From Squatina squatina (Eukaryota): a DNA stretch of 48,843 bases. The stretch covers positions 10,572,157 to 10,620,999 of the forward strand of contig JARFOE010000073.1 of NCBI GenBank assembly GCA_031763465.1. The letters run 5' to 3'. The position numbers were made by a program, and so were the translations under genes. The notes under the pieces were generated by a model that worked only from the letters and a program-made list of their open reading frames with translations, searched no databases and was not told the origin of the DNA. Shown here piece after piece: positions 37,965 to 48,843 of the stretch (position 1 is the first letter of the stretch; every line of letters starts with the position of its first letter).

Positions 37965-38006
37965 GTGATCCAAAAGGACATCCGTGCTATTGTACCACTC
38001 TCCATG
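37965..38006 (+). CDS. TMEM132E: 3' end only of TMEM132E-like exon 4 equivalent; 5' part absent or disrupted
   Basis: Encodes VIQKDIRAIVPLSM followed by a strong donor ATG|GTAAGT (GT 38007-38008), phase 0. This joins in frame to DTEIINTAILTG in the next exon, as in the family motif VIQRDVQAILPLAM/DTEIINTA. Upstream in-frame sequence is non-homologous, with TGA at 37929-37931. Confidence 0.8.
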
Positions 38007-39649
38007 GTAAGTTTTTGCACAGTTTTGAAGTTAAGCTTTATTGGTGAATGGTATAGTGACATAGCTTTTGGTGTTCCTTATACTGTGGAAGTTATTTTTG
38101 CCTTTTCAAGGGAAGGGCCAATAGCATATCTATTGTGTGATGCACAGAGAATGGAAGACACAGAATCTTTGCTACAGCTATGAGCATGCCGAGTGTTTTT
38201 ACAAATCTCATATTCTTTTTCCCACCCCATTGTCCAGACTGTTATCACTCATGAGTTGGAGACATTGTAGTACATTATTCAATTCCAAGGCATCCAATAA
38301 TTTAAATAAAATAATATCAGTAAGTTATTGCTTCTGAAAATTGTACATATTTATTTTTAACTTCCAAACGTTCCATTATCTTATAAGTGGCACTGTCAAC
38401 ATAAATCTGTTCAAATAAATGTATCAGATAGCACAGTTAGACACCAGACAAAACCTTCAAGGCTTTGGGCCTTACAAAAGTAAACCAAGCCTCTCAACAC
38501 TGCCAGATTTAGCGGAAATCTAATACATGAGGTTACAATCCTTTGCAATCACCACCTCTGGATCCCGATCTCACTTCCCCATGGACTATGCTGTCAATTT
38601 CCCATGTTTTCTTGAATTCTTTCACTCTACAATGATAGAAAGCAAGAGAATGCAATGATGGTGTGGCTATCCCAGCATCATTAGTGCAAATGAAAGCCAC
38701 CTGTTAAAATTATGTACAGCCAGAAAATTAGATTATCACCCCAAAACCCCCTGACTGGGAGACAATGCCCCTGGAAACATTGCAATACTTTGACAAGTTG
38801 ACTTTCAGCATAGTTAGTGGCTGGAGTTCTTTTTCAAGTTATGCACTGTTGAAATTATCAGTAAGAGAGGCTACCATCTCTGACGGAGGTCTAAATAAAG
38901 AAATGTTATTAAAGGTGGAATACCAGTCATAATTGCACATGTCATATCAGCATCTACCCTTTGCCTTTTTTGTTAACCATGCAACAACTCAGTGAGCAGA
39001 GGTTACTGTTTATTTCTTAAATGCTGCCGTTCTGATGATACAAATGTAAATTAACACTAATTCACTGGCTAAAGACCAGAATATATTAGCAACAGATTTG
39101 ATGAAAGCGTGACTGGCCTATGCTGTGCTGCTGAAATTATAGATGTGTCATCTGGGAAATGGAACTGGACAGGTTTAAATAATGAGTGCTGTAATATTGA
39201 TTGATATAATTGTAGCATTGTTAAGTTAGCTTTGGAGTCGGGGACAGATTTCACAATGTACTGTTGGAAGTTTTCCCTGTGTTTGTCCACCTCTCGCAAA
39301 AGATTAAATAAACTGGAAGAATCCACAAGGTGAAAAGTTATACATGATCTGTGAACGTTATGGGTCCAGAAACTTGGGTGCATCCATTTTTGGGTGCATG
39401 GGGGTGCAGGGAGCAATCCCTGTACCTGAATGGTGAGGCCTGATAGTGAACCTCGGGTCTCATTTCCATCATGTCGGCAAGCTGTGGAGAGCAATAGGCA
39501 GCTTGCTGACAAAGAGCGAAAGAACATCAGGCCACTGGGGCAGGCAGATGAGTGTTTACCAGCAGCCCACATTCTTTGAATGTGATCCTTCCATCTCCCT
39601 ATTCAAGTGAGCATGTATTTTTTAAATTTACTTTGTTGTTTGTGGCCTG

Positions 39650-39775
39650 CAGGGGTCCCTTTAAAGACTGCGGGCGGCCAATTCGTGGTAAAACTTCTAG
39701 CACGAAAGTGGCGCAAAACTGGCGTTAAGCCACTTTTGGCTCTAAAACGCGGGTGCAAAATTTGGGTCCCGTTTG
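39650..39775 (+). mobile_element. Non-autonomous DNA element fragment homologous to 1869-1957
   Basis: 89-nt ungapped similarity from GGTAAAACTTCTAGC to CCCGTTTG between 39687-39775 and 1869-1957. Confidence 0.7.
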
Positions 39776-42250
39776 NNNNNNNNNNNNNNNNNNNNNNNNN
39801 NNNNNNNNNNNNNNNNNNNNNNNNNNNNNNNNNNNNNNNNNNNNNNNNNNNNNNNNNNNNNNNNNNNNNNNNNNNTTCATTACCCTCACTGTGCCCTCGG
39901 GCTGTATTCTGAACTACTGTTCCTTTCTCCTATCCTGTTTAATCTGCCACCTACAAATGCACCTTCCCTTGCAATGCGATATGCATGAGTAATCTCCCTG
40001 ACTCACAACACCTCTCCTTTCTTGTTTTTAGTGCAGACACTGAGTACCAATTCAGAGGACCTGAAACAGATGATAGGTGTGATGTCAGATAATAGGCAGA
40101 ATCTAATCCCAGTCTGTGTGCCAGTATTTTAGAATGATCGACACAATGCTATGCCACCTAATGTTAATGGTAGCATCAGAAACAACTTCATTCATCCGCC
40201 TAAAAGCGAGGCATGCAGACAAATCATTGTATCCAACATGGATGTTTTGACCTTCAGGCTGCATGGAACGATAGTACAATAACAACTGGTCACGATCTTT
40301 GGGACACCATCTCACAGGGTCTGCAGGATCCAATTGATACCATCAGGTTTGCCCTCCCACAGATCAGAGGCAGGATCCAGCACAAATGGCGAGGCATGGC
40401 TACTGTGCATCTTCATAATGCCGTTCTCTCTCCTGTTGATGATTCATGTGGCCTTTACAGCCAGTTCATTCAGATGCCTGCTCATGTAGGTATCAGAATA
40501 CAGGATCAGGCTACCCATGTACCTGCAGTCATAACAGCATGCTGAAGAGACCTCCAGGGACGCAGAAGCCCTGAGACAGATGTTACTTCAGTCCTAAAGG
40601 ACTCATACTATCATCGCTCAGCCAAGCACAAGTGTCCCTGACTCTCAGCAGAGCATCAGGATAGGTTTAAAAGCAGCACAAAAGGCACCAGGGTAGGTGG
40701 TTTGTAAAATCCTTTCAGCAGCATAGCTGAGAAAAGATTTTTCTAATTGTCTGTGAACTGAGCTACTTTTTGCTTTGGTAAGTTATGCAGGTAACTTGCC
40801 CGTCTTTTCCACAGGCTTTAGTTAAATCAGGGGGAATTCTAGTTTAAATTACAGAATTTCTGGGATAGCAGGTTTTGCCCTTACCATCCTGCAACTTGCA
40901 TAGATGCGGCCCTTTTGGGGTGGATGCATCATTTGCCAGGGCCCACTTACACCAGATTTTAGCATCTATTTTAGAAGGGGATAAGCTGGCATATCCGACT
41001 TCCGGGACAAATTGCAACCCTATGCCAGGAATACCTACTTCTGCCCCAAAAAGATAATTGGAATCTCTTGTCCACTGTATATTTTAGCATTTCTGTCAAT
41101 GTATTTCCCAAAACTGGTTCCTGATGTAGATGCATTATTTATTTAAGTATTTTCGTCACTGCACTTGGCGAAATTGTCAGGATTCAGAAGTAAAATAGGA
41201 GTGGGATTTGAATAGTAATGTGTTTTAATTAGTTAAAAAAATTACACTGAGATTCCCATTTAAGATTTTACTACAATGTACGTACTCCTGTGACATGCAA
41301 TGTGTTCCATTGGTCTGTTTGTGGGTGAGTAGGTTCTTTTTTTGACTGCATAAATGCATACATGCGTTTTATTCATTTCTATTTGGGGCGAGTGCATCTT
41401 CTGCCAGATGGGACATTCTGTGGTTGTGAAAAGCGCTATATAAATGCAAGTATTTCTTTCATTCATTTTCATAGGCCAGTAAATAATGGTTTATACATAG
41501 CCATGGTTATCAAGTAAAGTATGTTCAATATTACTGTACTTCAAATAAATATTCATAAGGTTGGACTGTAGTTTTTTTTTCAGGTTCCCAAAAGCAGCAG
41601 ACTACCCTATGATACCAGTTTCTTATTCTACCCTATCAGTTTGCAGCATTTAATTAATGCAGTATTCCTTCTAATGGATACAAATTGGGCAACAACAGAG
41701 ATCTGTATCTGTAATTACATTCATTTATCACACAAACTCATTCCTACAGGGGACAGATGGACACTGATGAGCCTGTGATCGACAGTGCTCCTATGACTGT
41801 CACAGTCTATCAGGTGGGGAAGAGAGTTTTGGACCACTGAACAGTGTGACTGTTTTTTCTTTATTTGCCCTAGTTGCAGGGAACAGATGTGCTTAGTTAG
41901 TGCAGTAAATTAAGATAAAGAGATGAGGCCCCCACAAATGTGCTTACTGCAGGGTAGTAATGCTTTGTGAAAATTAGCTGAAAGATTTAGTTTGCCTCTT
42001 TGTAAACAGCCTTTTCCACGTGGTTTGGTAAAAGCCATTTTAAACAAGTTATGTAAATGCATTTGGTTAATGTTCTTCTATACATTTCTGATCATTCATA
42101 AAGTAACAATGTTATTTTCCAGGTATAAAAAATCCAAAATACCTTTTCCTNNNNNNNNNNNNNNNNNNNNNNNNNNNNNNNNNNNNNNNNNNNNNNNNNN
42201 NNNNNNNNNNNNNNNNNNNNNNNNNNNNNNNNNNNNNNNNNNNNNNNNNN

Positions 42251-42590
42251 AGTGCTGTTGCAGCTGCACATCCAGACAAGTGGTGAGTGTTGAATCATAC
42301 TCCTGACTTGAACCTCGTAGATGGGGGAGAGACTTTGAAGGATCAGGGGGAGAGACACTCATTGCAAAGTCAGGTGTCTCTGCCTTACTCTTGCAGCTAC
42401 TGTTTTGTTGTTATGGCTGGTCCAATTAAGCTTCTGGTCAATGGTGATCCCCCAAAACATTGATGATAAGGGGACTCAGCGATGGTGGTGCCATTGATGA
42501 TGAAGGGCAGATGGTCATTATCTGGAACATATGTGGTGTTTATTGTATCTGCCACTTGTCAGTCCATGCCTGTATGTAGGCTGGCATGGG
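42251..42590 (-). mobile_element. Non-LTR retrotransposon RT C-terminal fragment
   Basis: Reverse frame LSPIYEVQVRSMIQHSPLVWMCSCNST resembles the YKAQVRSxMEYSPLAW motif that follows RT domains; decayed. Confidence 0.65.
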
Positions 42591-42624
42591 CTACCTATTT
42601 ATCAGCAGAGTTATGAATGGAGCG

Positions 42625-43091
42625 GTGTGGGGGGAGAGCTCTGCCTGGCCAACAGCGGGCTGGAAATTTTTGTGGGCTCAGGTAAAGCACTACTGTTCCT
42701 GGTCACACCAAAATAAAATTAAAAGTTCCCTTGGGCCTCTTTGTGATCAGCTTCCAGCCATCCCTCGCTCCAGATTCAAACCCCACCCCCCCCACCTCCA
42801 TCGCCACTGCTCCCGACCTTATCTCCATCCCTGATTTCCACCCTTTTCCCCCATGCAAGCCCCCTTCCCAATCCCCAACCCAGGACTCCTGACCCAGGTC
42901 CTGATCCCTGAAAACACTTATCTGAGGGCCGCTGATAGCAGCGGTCTAACTTGTAGTCCTTCACCGCGAATATTGCAATGAGGCCTGAGGCCCAGTATCT
43001 GGAGAGCCTTGGGCCTCGCCATTCACGTGTAGGGGACATGAGCTACGCTCCCTGTGTGCCCAAAAGTGGCCACAGTCCAACTTCTAGGCCC
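42625..43091. mobile_element. GC-rich non-autonomous DNA element remnant
   Basis: GC-rich block with a central C-rich tract, ending AACTTCTAGGCCC (the reverse of a GGGCC.AGAA.TT-type terminus also seen at 46286). Confidence 0.4.
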
Positions 43092-44339
43092 TTACATTTT
43101 ATCCAGCCTCTCTTTGGCCACTGAGATATTGCCTCCCTATTTTCACCATGCTGAAGATTCAAAACAGGTCAAAATGTAAATAATTACCAGGGAAATGTTA
43201 TACATTCACCTGAAAAACTATTTTTCTCTTGTTATTGCTCAAAGGTATACATATAACTGTGTCCTTAATTAGCAAGTAAGGTCTCCTATATTTTCCAAGA
43301 ACTTAACAGTTCTTGCTCCTTAGGATTTCAGAAATTTTTATCTTTACATTATTTGCTCTCAGTATTTTCTATGGCGTTCTCCCTTGCCTTTGCTTCTTTG
43401 TGTTGGAATAATGTACTCTCCCCGCTCTTTGAGTTCTTCATACAATTACAGTTTGTCTCATCTGTGATTGAGGGTTGTCTATTTCTGTTGGTTATCCACT
43501 GCTAGCCAAGTAGGAATGGAAAAAATCCCATTGAATCAAACAAACTCTTGTGAAGGATCTGAATTGTTTTTTGACTTTACTCTTGCCAGGGCACCAATCC
43601 CACTACCTTTACGTTCAATCAAGAAATCTCTCTGTTTCCTTTTAATTGCCTTAACCAAGTGCATTCAGTGTGCTGGATGTCAACCCATCCCATAAATTAA
43701 CCACTTTGAAGTAGATGTTCCACTGCTCCTGTTCATAAAAAGAAAATCATGGTTTATTGTCATTTTATTCAGTGAGAACAGATTTAGCTCCCTTAACTAC
43801 TCTTCCTTGATCTTTGACTTAAAACCAACTATTATTGTCTTTCTGTTCTGTGCTAATGTTACATAATTTGCATGGTATTAAGTCACTATATTGTTTGTTT
43901 AAGCAGACCGTATACACTTATACATATTGTATGATAAGTACCATATACATTTACATATTGGACGACCAATGTACAAGGTGTATCCCCTTATTTTCCAGCC
44001 CAATATCAAGAAGGAAATCTGACACACATGTGAAATGAAGGTCAAGGTTACAATAGCACTAAGATCTTATTCTTCAGCTCTTGGTCGACTAATCCCCTCT
44101 CAGGCTCACAGTCTGCTGCTTCCCTCTCTCTAACATATGGATATATTCTTTAAAAAGTAAACCTTTGCTCAGATGCCGTGGCTGGAACTTGTTCTGCAAG
44201 TGCAGATTGAGTACTATCCTTGCCAGTTGTGACGGGCATACATTTACCACCACCTATGTCAGTTTTGTGCTAACATTTCCTTTTAACGTGAAATACCCAA
44301 GCTACTTCTTTGCTTTGTTGATTTATCCAGTGAGTAGCT

Positions 44340-44590
44340 GACCCTTAGGAACCAGGAAGGTCCCACCTTCAAACTCTGTGTTCAGTTAGCTGATCTCAGC
44401 TAAAACAAAATCATTGCACTGGCATTGGTCTCAGACCTCTGTTCTAGTTCATCTCAATGGCCAGTAACTGGTGGATGCGCCTGTGTTCACACATAACCAA
44501 TGGCCATTTGCATGAGGTACTAGAGGGCAAACACCCCTATGGAATTGTACCCCAAAAGGAAGGGACCATCACCTGCAAGAGGAAAGGAGA
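44340..44590 (+). mobile_element. Old SINE-like interspersed repeat
   Basis: CCAGGAAGGTCCC...GTTAGCTGATCTCAGC...TGGCCATTTGCATGAGGTACTAGAGGGC...ATGGAATTGTACCCCA; shares blocks with three other loci in the window. Confidence 0.5.
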
Positions 44591-46285
44591 CAAAATGTGA
44601 AAAAATTACGTGAAATGTTCAATTAAAAAATAGAAAATGGCATTTAGTACTCATTCAAAGAATTAAAGCAGTTTGATCCCTGCTGTGAGAATTTAACTCC
44701 AACTATCAATTTCTCTTATCAAAATTTATCTTACTTTAATTGTGCCACATTTGTGGAATAAAGACTCTATATGAAGCAGAGTGGTTCCAGCTGGGAAATA
44801 CTGGCTTCACAGCAGGCTACATACACCAGAGCATCATCACAGATAACATACTTCAATCTAATGGAGCCACAGATATTGAAGTTATTATTCATTCAGTTAG
44901 CAAGCTGCTTTTTGACTTTTTTGACATTTTGCATTTGAAAAGAAAAAAACCCCATAACTGAATTCCTTATATTTTTCTCAATAAGCTGTTGCATCTACAT
45001 TAGTCAAGTAATGGAACAGTGACTCAAGCTGTAATACTAAAATTTCCATTTAATACAATGGTGCATGAGGATGATTTGTGGTTGAACAAGAGTTCCATGA
45101 ATTTTCAGATTATTTCACACATGTCAGAGACACACAGTGGAATTTAAGCAGCCTTATGATATACCCTCATTATGGTGTGCTATTTCAGACCCAACTATGC
45201 AACATGTTATAGAGAGTTGCAAGTTGTCATAAAAATTTGGCAAAAGCCAAACAATCTGTGTCAAAATCTGAAAGCATTCCTCATCCTAAATTTTAATTTT
45301 CTGGTTTTAAACAAGATGAGCCAAACCATAGTGGTTTATAATGGCAGAGGGAAAAGAAGAAAACAATCTCAAAAAGAGATAAATATAATATATGATGCAT
45401 GCTGCTGAGATTTCTAAGCAATTAATGTCATAACTTTATGATGGATGTAAACCTAGGACATGAATAACAGATGTTTTCTTTGTATAGATACACTAGAGAG
45501 ATGTTATAGGCTGCAATTTGCAAAATGTTACTTGACTTTAATCCTTTTTATTTACAGGGTTTTAAAGATTGCTACAGTTAATGTGTCTGGAAAACGATAG
45601 AATCAAACTGGCTTCACTTTGGGTAGCAGAACAGTCATGAGCTTGTCTGGTAAACTATTAGAGGGTATTTAAAACTGACTTACGGGAAATCTATGTTGAA
45701 GAGAATCCATAGAACTGTGCGAGTCAGAGACCAAATAATTTGATCACATGGTCGTGTGTATCATCAGTAATCATACTGNNNNNNNNNNNNNNNNNNNNNN
45801 NNNNNNNNNNNNNNNNNNNNNNNNNNNNNNNNNNNNNNNNNNNNNNNNNNNNNNNNNNNNNNNNNNNNNNNNNNNNNNCTCACAACTACTTATACATATT
45901 CATCATATTTTCACTGAACATTGAATGAATCACTATACACATATCTGTCTGACAATCATATCACTGAGCTTTGCTTCTCATATTTCTTCCTGTAAAAGAA
46001 AAGACAAGCACAAACTCTGGGAACCCTGGCTTCTGAGCTGCAAAGTTTTCTCAGAGTTCCCTTCATTACTGATAAATTATATTTCCATTGATTCACTTTT
46101 GTCTAATGTCATGTACATCTAATGATGTGACTTCAAAATTAATTTTTGGAGTTTTATTTCAGTGCTTGACTGTAGCTATTAATGGCAAAGCTTTAAATAT
46201 GTAGTACTATGTCATATTGCATAATTAATAACATTAGGACTTGTGCTGTAACATACTGAAGTGTCTTGACAAATAGCTTAATGTT

Positions 46286-46523
46286 GGGCCAGAAATTCTG
46301 GTTGGAGATTTCCGGTGTAAAAAAAATCTACCCAAGTACCTGGTGGTCCGTGGGTTCCGTACTCTTCCGGTTGGAGGCCCAGATTCACAGTCCAGCGCAG
46401 AGGCCCAAGGATCCTGTCTATGTACGCGGTGCACAGACGTAGATAGGATCGCGTGGGTGGGCCCAGCCAATCAAGGTCAGTGTATCCCCATTCATTGCAA
46501 TGATGATTCCGTACAATCAGAGT
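46286..46523. mobile_element. CpG-rich MITE or non-autonomous DNA element, truncated by a gap
   Basis: Abrupt start GGGCCAGAAATTCTGG in AT-rich sequence with high CpG content. The terminus resembles GGCCAGAATCTTT at 26196. Confidence 0.5.
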
Positions 46524-47599
46524 NNNNNNNNNNNNNNNNNNNNNNNNNNNNNNNNNNNNNNNNNNNNNNNNNNNNNNNNNNNNNNNNNNNNNNNNNNNNN
46601 NNNNNNNNNNNNNNNNNNNNNNNGATCTAAACTGGAGGAAATCCAGGACACCCACTACTTTGATTGACAGCTACTACTTATGATGAGGAAAGGATGATGT
46701 TTAAAACTTATTTCTACATAAAGAAAATTTGCAGAATTTGTCTAATTCCATGTGTTTATGAAAATCGTAAGCTGCACTGACTGCAGTGAATGCTCTTCTA
46801 ACAAGAGTCTTTTGTGGTGCTACATGCACCTTGTTTTCAATTTTGTGGTGATTTAAATGTACAACGGAATGCCCACATGAATCATCAGTGCTATCTATTT
46901 CTCAGTGCTAGTGGCATTAAAGTTAAGATTAACTCTTTCAGTGTTGATTCTGAATGCTTTAATGGTATCCTTGGAGAAGTGACACTGTCTAGTGGTACTA
47001 TCTTTATTATTTTCTTCTTTGGTATCTGCAGTCAGGAAGCTCTTTGTGCCATTTTCTAACTTAACATACATTTGTACGGTAAAGTTGTTTGGGTAAGAAA
47101 ATAATTCTTAAAATATGCAAATTGTTTGCCAACAGTACCACAATGCTTTGCCACAATGAAGTGGCCACATTTTCTCAAATGACAAGTTTCAAATCATGTT
47201 GTCAGAAGCACAACTTGCTGGATGGTAGGTGCTTATACACAAGGCACAAAGAAATCAAAGAGTTATTCACCCCACATCAATCTTCCTTACCTGTTAATGG
47301 CCAGTTGTCTATTTACCTTCTCAGCTGGGAATTGATAAATGTTGATGGAAGAGAAAATAGTTTAAATGGTGAAAGGGGAAACAATTTTTAAACATCTGAG
47401 GAGATTTGTTGCTTGTGTTCAAAGATTGAAGATGCATCATGACCTGAATTCTGGAGCTTTTCCTCCAGATTACACAAAATCAATAAACTGTACTGAATGC
47501 TACACCTACAGCTTGCTGGTTTATTACCTAGTTTGCTAGATATGTGGAAACAATGAATTGTCTAAAGATTAACGTTCTGCGTTTTTCCTCCTTTTCCAG

Positions 47600-47743
47600 G
47601 ATACTGAGATCATCAACACTGCAATACTGACAGGAAGGACCGTGGCCATTCCACTAAAGGTTGTTGTTGTGGAAATGAATGGAATCATCACAGATGTGTC
47701 ATCCTTTGTTGAGTGCAGATCAACTAATGAGGATATTATTAAG
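47600..47743 (+). CDS. TMEM132E: TMEM132E-like coding exon (exon 5 equivalent), 144 nt
   Basis: Polypyrimidine acceptor tttttcctccttttccAG|GAT and donor AAG|GTAACT. Encodes DTEIINTAILTGRTVAIPLKVVVVEMNGIITDVSSFVECRSTNEDIIK, a highly conserved TMEM132 segment. Missed by the ORF track because it is under 60 aa. Confidence 0.95.
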
Positions 47744-48843
47744 GTAACTTCACTCAAACAGTGAGACAACAAAGAACATGACATTAATTGTTAGCAAATA
47801 TTGCCAGCTGAATTAATTTGTTTTGTAGTTTAGAATAATTCCAGTAATAAAGCTGTTCTGACATTTTTGTGGATTTATTACTTTAATACAGTTTATTTTA
47901 ATGTCAGTGAGTGAACTGAAAAAAGACCGAAACCAAGGAGATAGTTATTTCCTGGTACCTGCTAGCAGTGTGAAGGTTAAGATCTAGAAACATTTTTTTT
48001 CACTTTGAAGGTACTGAATTCATTAAAGTAGCATATTCTCCTTTTGTCAATTGATAATGTAAAAAAACAAACAATTGTATAATTGCGAGAACTATCCACT
48101 CGAAGGCAACCAAAGTAGAACGAAAGTGGTTCCACCGAGTCTTTCTACAGCTCGTCGGTGCTGAATGNNNNNNNNNNNNNNNNNNNNNNNNNNNNNNNNN
48201 NNNNNNNNNNNNNNNNNNNNNNNNNNNNNNNNNNNNNNNNNNNNNNNNNNNNNNNNNNNNNNNNNNNCTGGCCTACAACCTAAATACAGGCATGAATATA
48301 AGCTTTAACAATGTGACACAGCTTTATAAAATAATCGGCTGGTTATACTGGAGTTGACAGCTTGAGTGGGTTGAAGGAAGTTGCAAATCACAGGGTTGAG
48401 AGTCTTCAGTGCTTTTTAATTAGTTTTGTGCTGCAACAGTTTTTATAATAATCTGAAGAGGTGACAGAGTGAAAAGTGGAACTAGACCCTTGCAGCTGAG
48501 AGAGCTGGCTGTGTAATGTACCATTTCAGCATGGTAGGAGGATTTCAACATCTGAATTAAATAGAGCACATTCAGTGGCAGCTATATGGGACAGCACTTT
48601 GGGAGCCCATAGTGGGCTGTGCCACAGAAGGATAGGATGTGATTCTTGATAACGATTCCCTGTGGTCGACCAACTACAGCTGTGTCATGAATGTGCTTTC
48701 CAAGTGCTGTCAGAAAAGGAAATTGGAAGATGTAAAAAAGTAAATGGAGTCTTTGTAAAAGACTGTCGGGACAGTAAGTAAAATGGAAAAACAGATTGCA
48801 GTATTCATTAGAGAAAGTCAGGTTCATTGGGTGTATGCAAGAC

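Noticed and set aside
39069-39572. 167-aa minus-strand ORF inside the TMEM132E intron
   Set aside because: No recognisable motif or splice structure; consistent with a chance ORF.
40090-40700. Possible decayed transposon ORF tail
   Set aside because: The composition suggests an old repeat, but I could not find a diagnostic motif, so it is not listed as a feature.

Overview
Vertebrate genomic DNA, almost certainly a cartilaginous fish (shark-type CR1 LINE tails, a Deu-domain tRNA-SINE, L2 and PIF/Harbinger remnants). It comes from a fragmented assembly with 27 gaps of exactly 100 N plus three ~10-N gaps. The only recognisable host gene is TMEM132E-like on the + strand. Four coding segments are visible: the 3' part of the large second exon (28485-29074), an intact 144-nt exon (32276-32419), only the last 42 nt of the next exon (37965-38006), and another intact 144-nt exon (47600-47743). 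None of these is called correctly by the ORF track. The rest is intronic or upstream sequence: decayed retroelements, DNA-transposon and MITE remnants, a 1.7-kb higher-order minisatellite and several short tandem repeats. The strongest anomaly is the exon ending at 38006, whose 5' part is replaced, within a contig, by unrelated GC-rich sequence containing an in-frame stop (transposon insertion/disrupted allele, or misassembly). A second is an AT-rich but CpG-retaining segment just before the exon-2 gap. I found no convincing previously undescribed biological system. All family assignments are from recognition of motifs, not from database searches.
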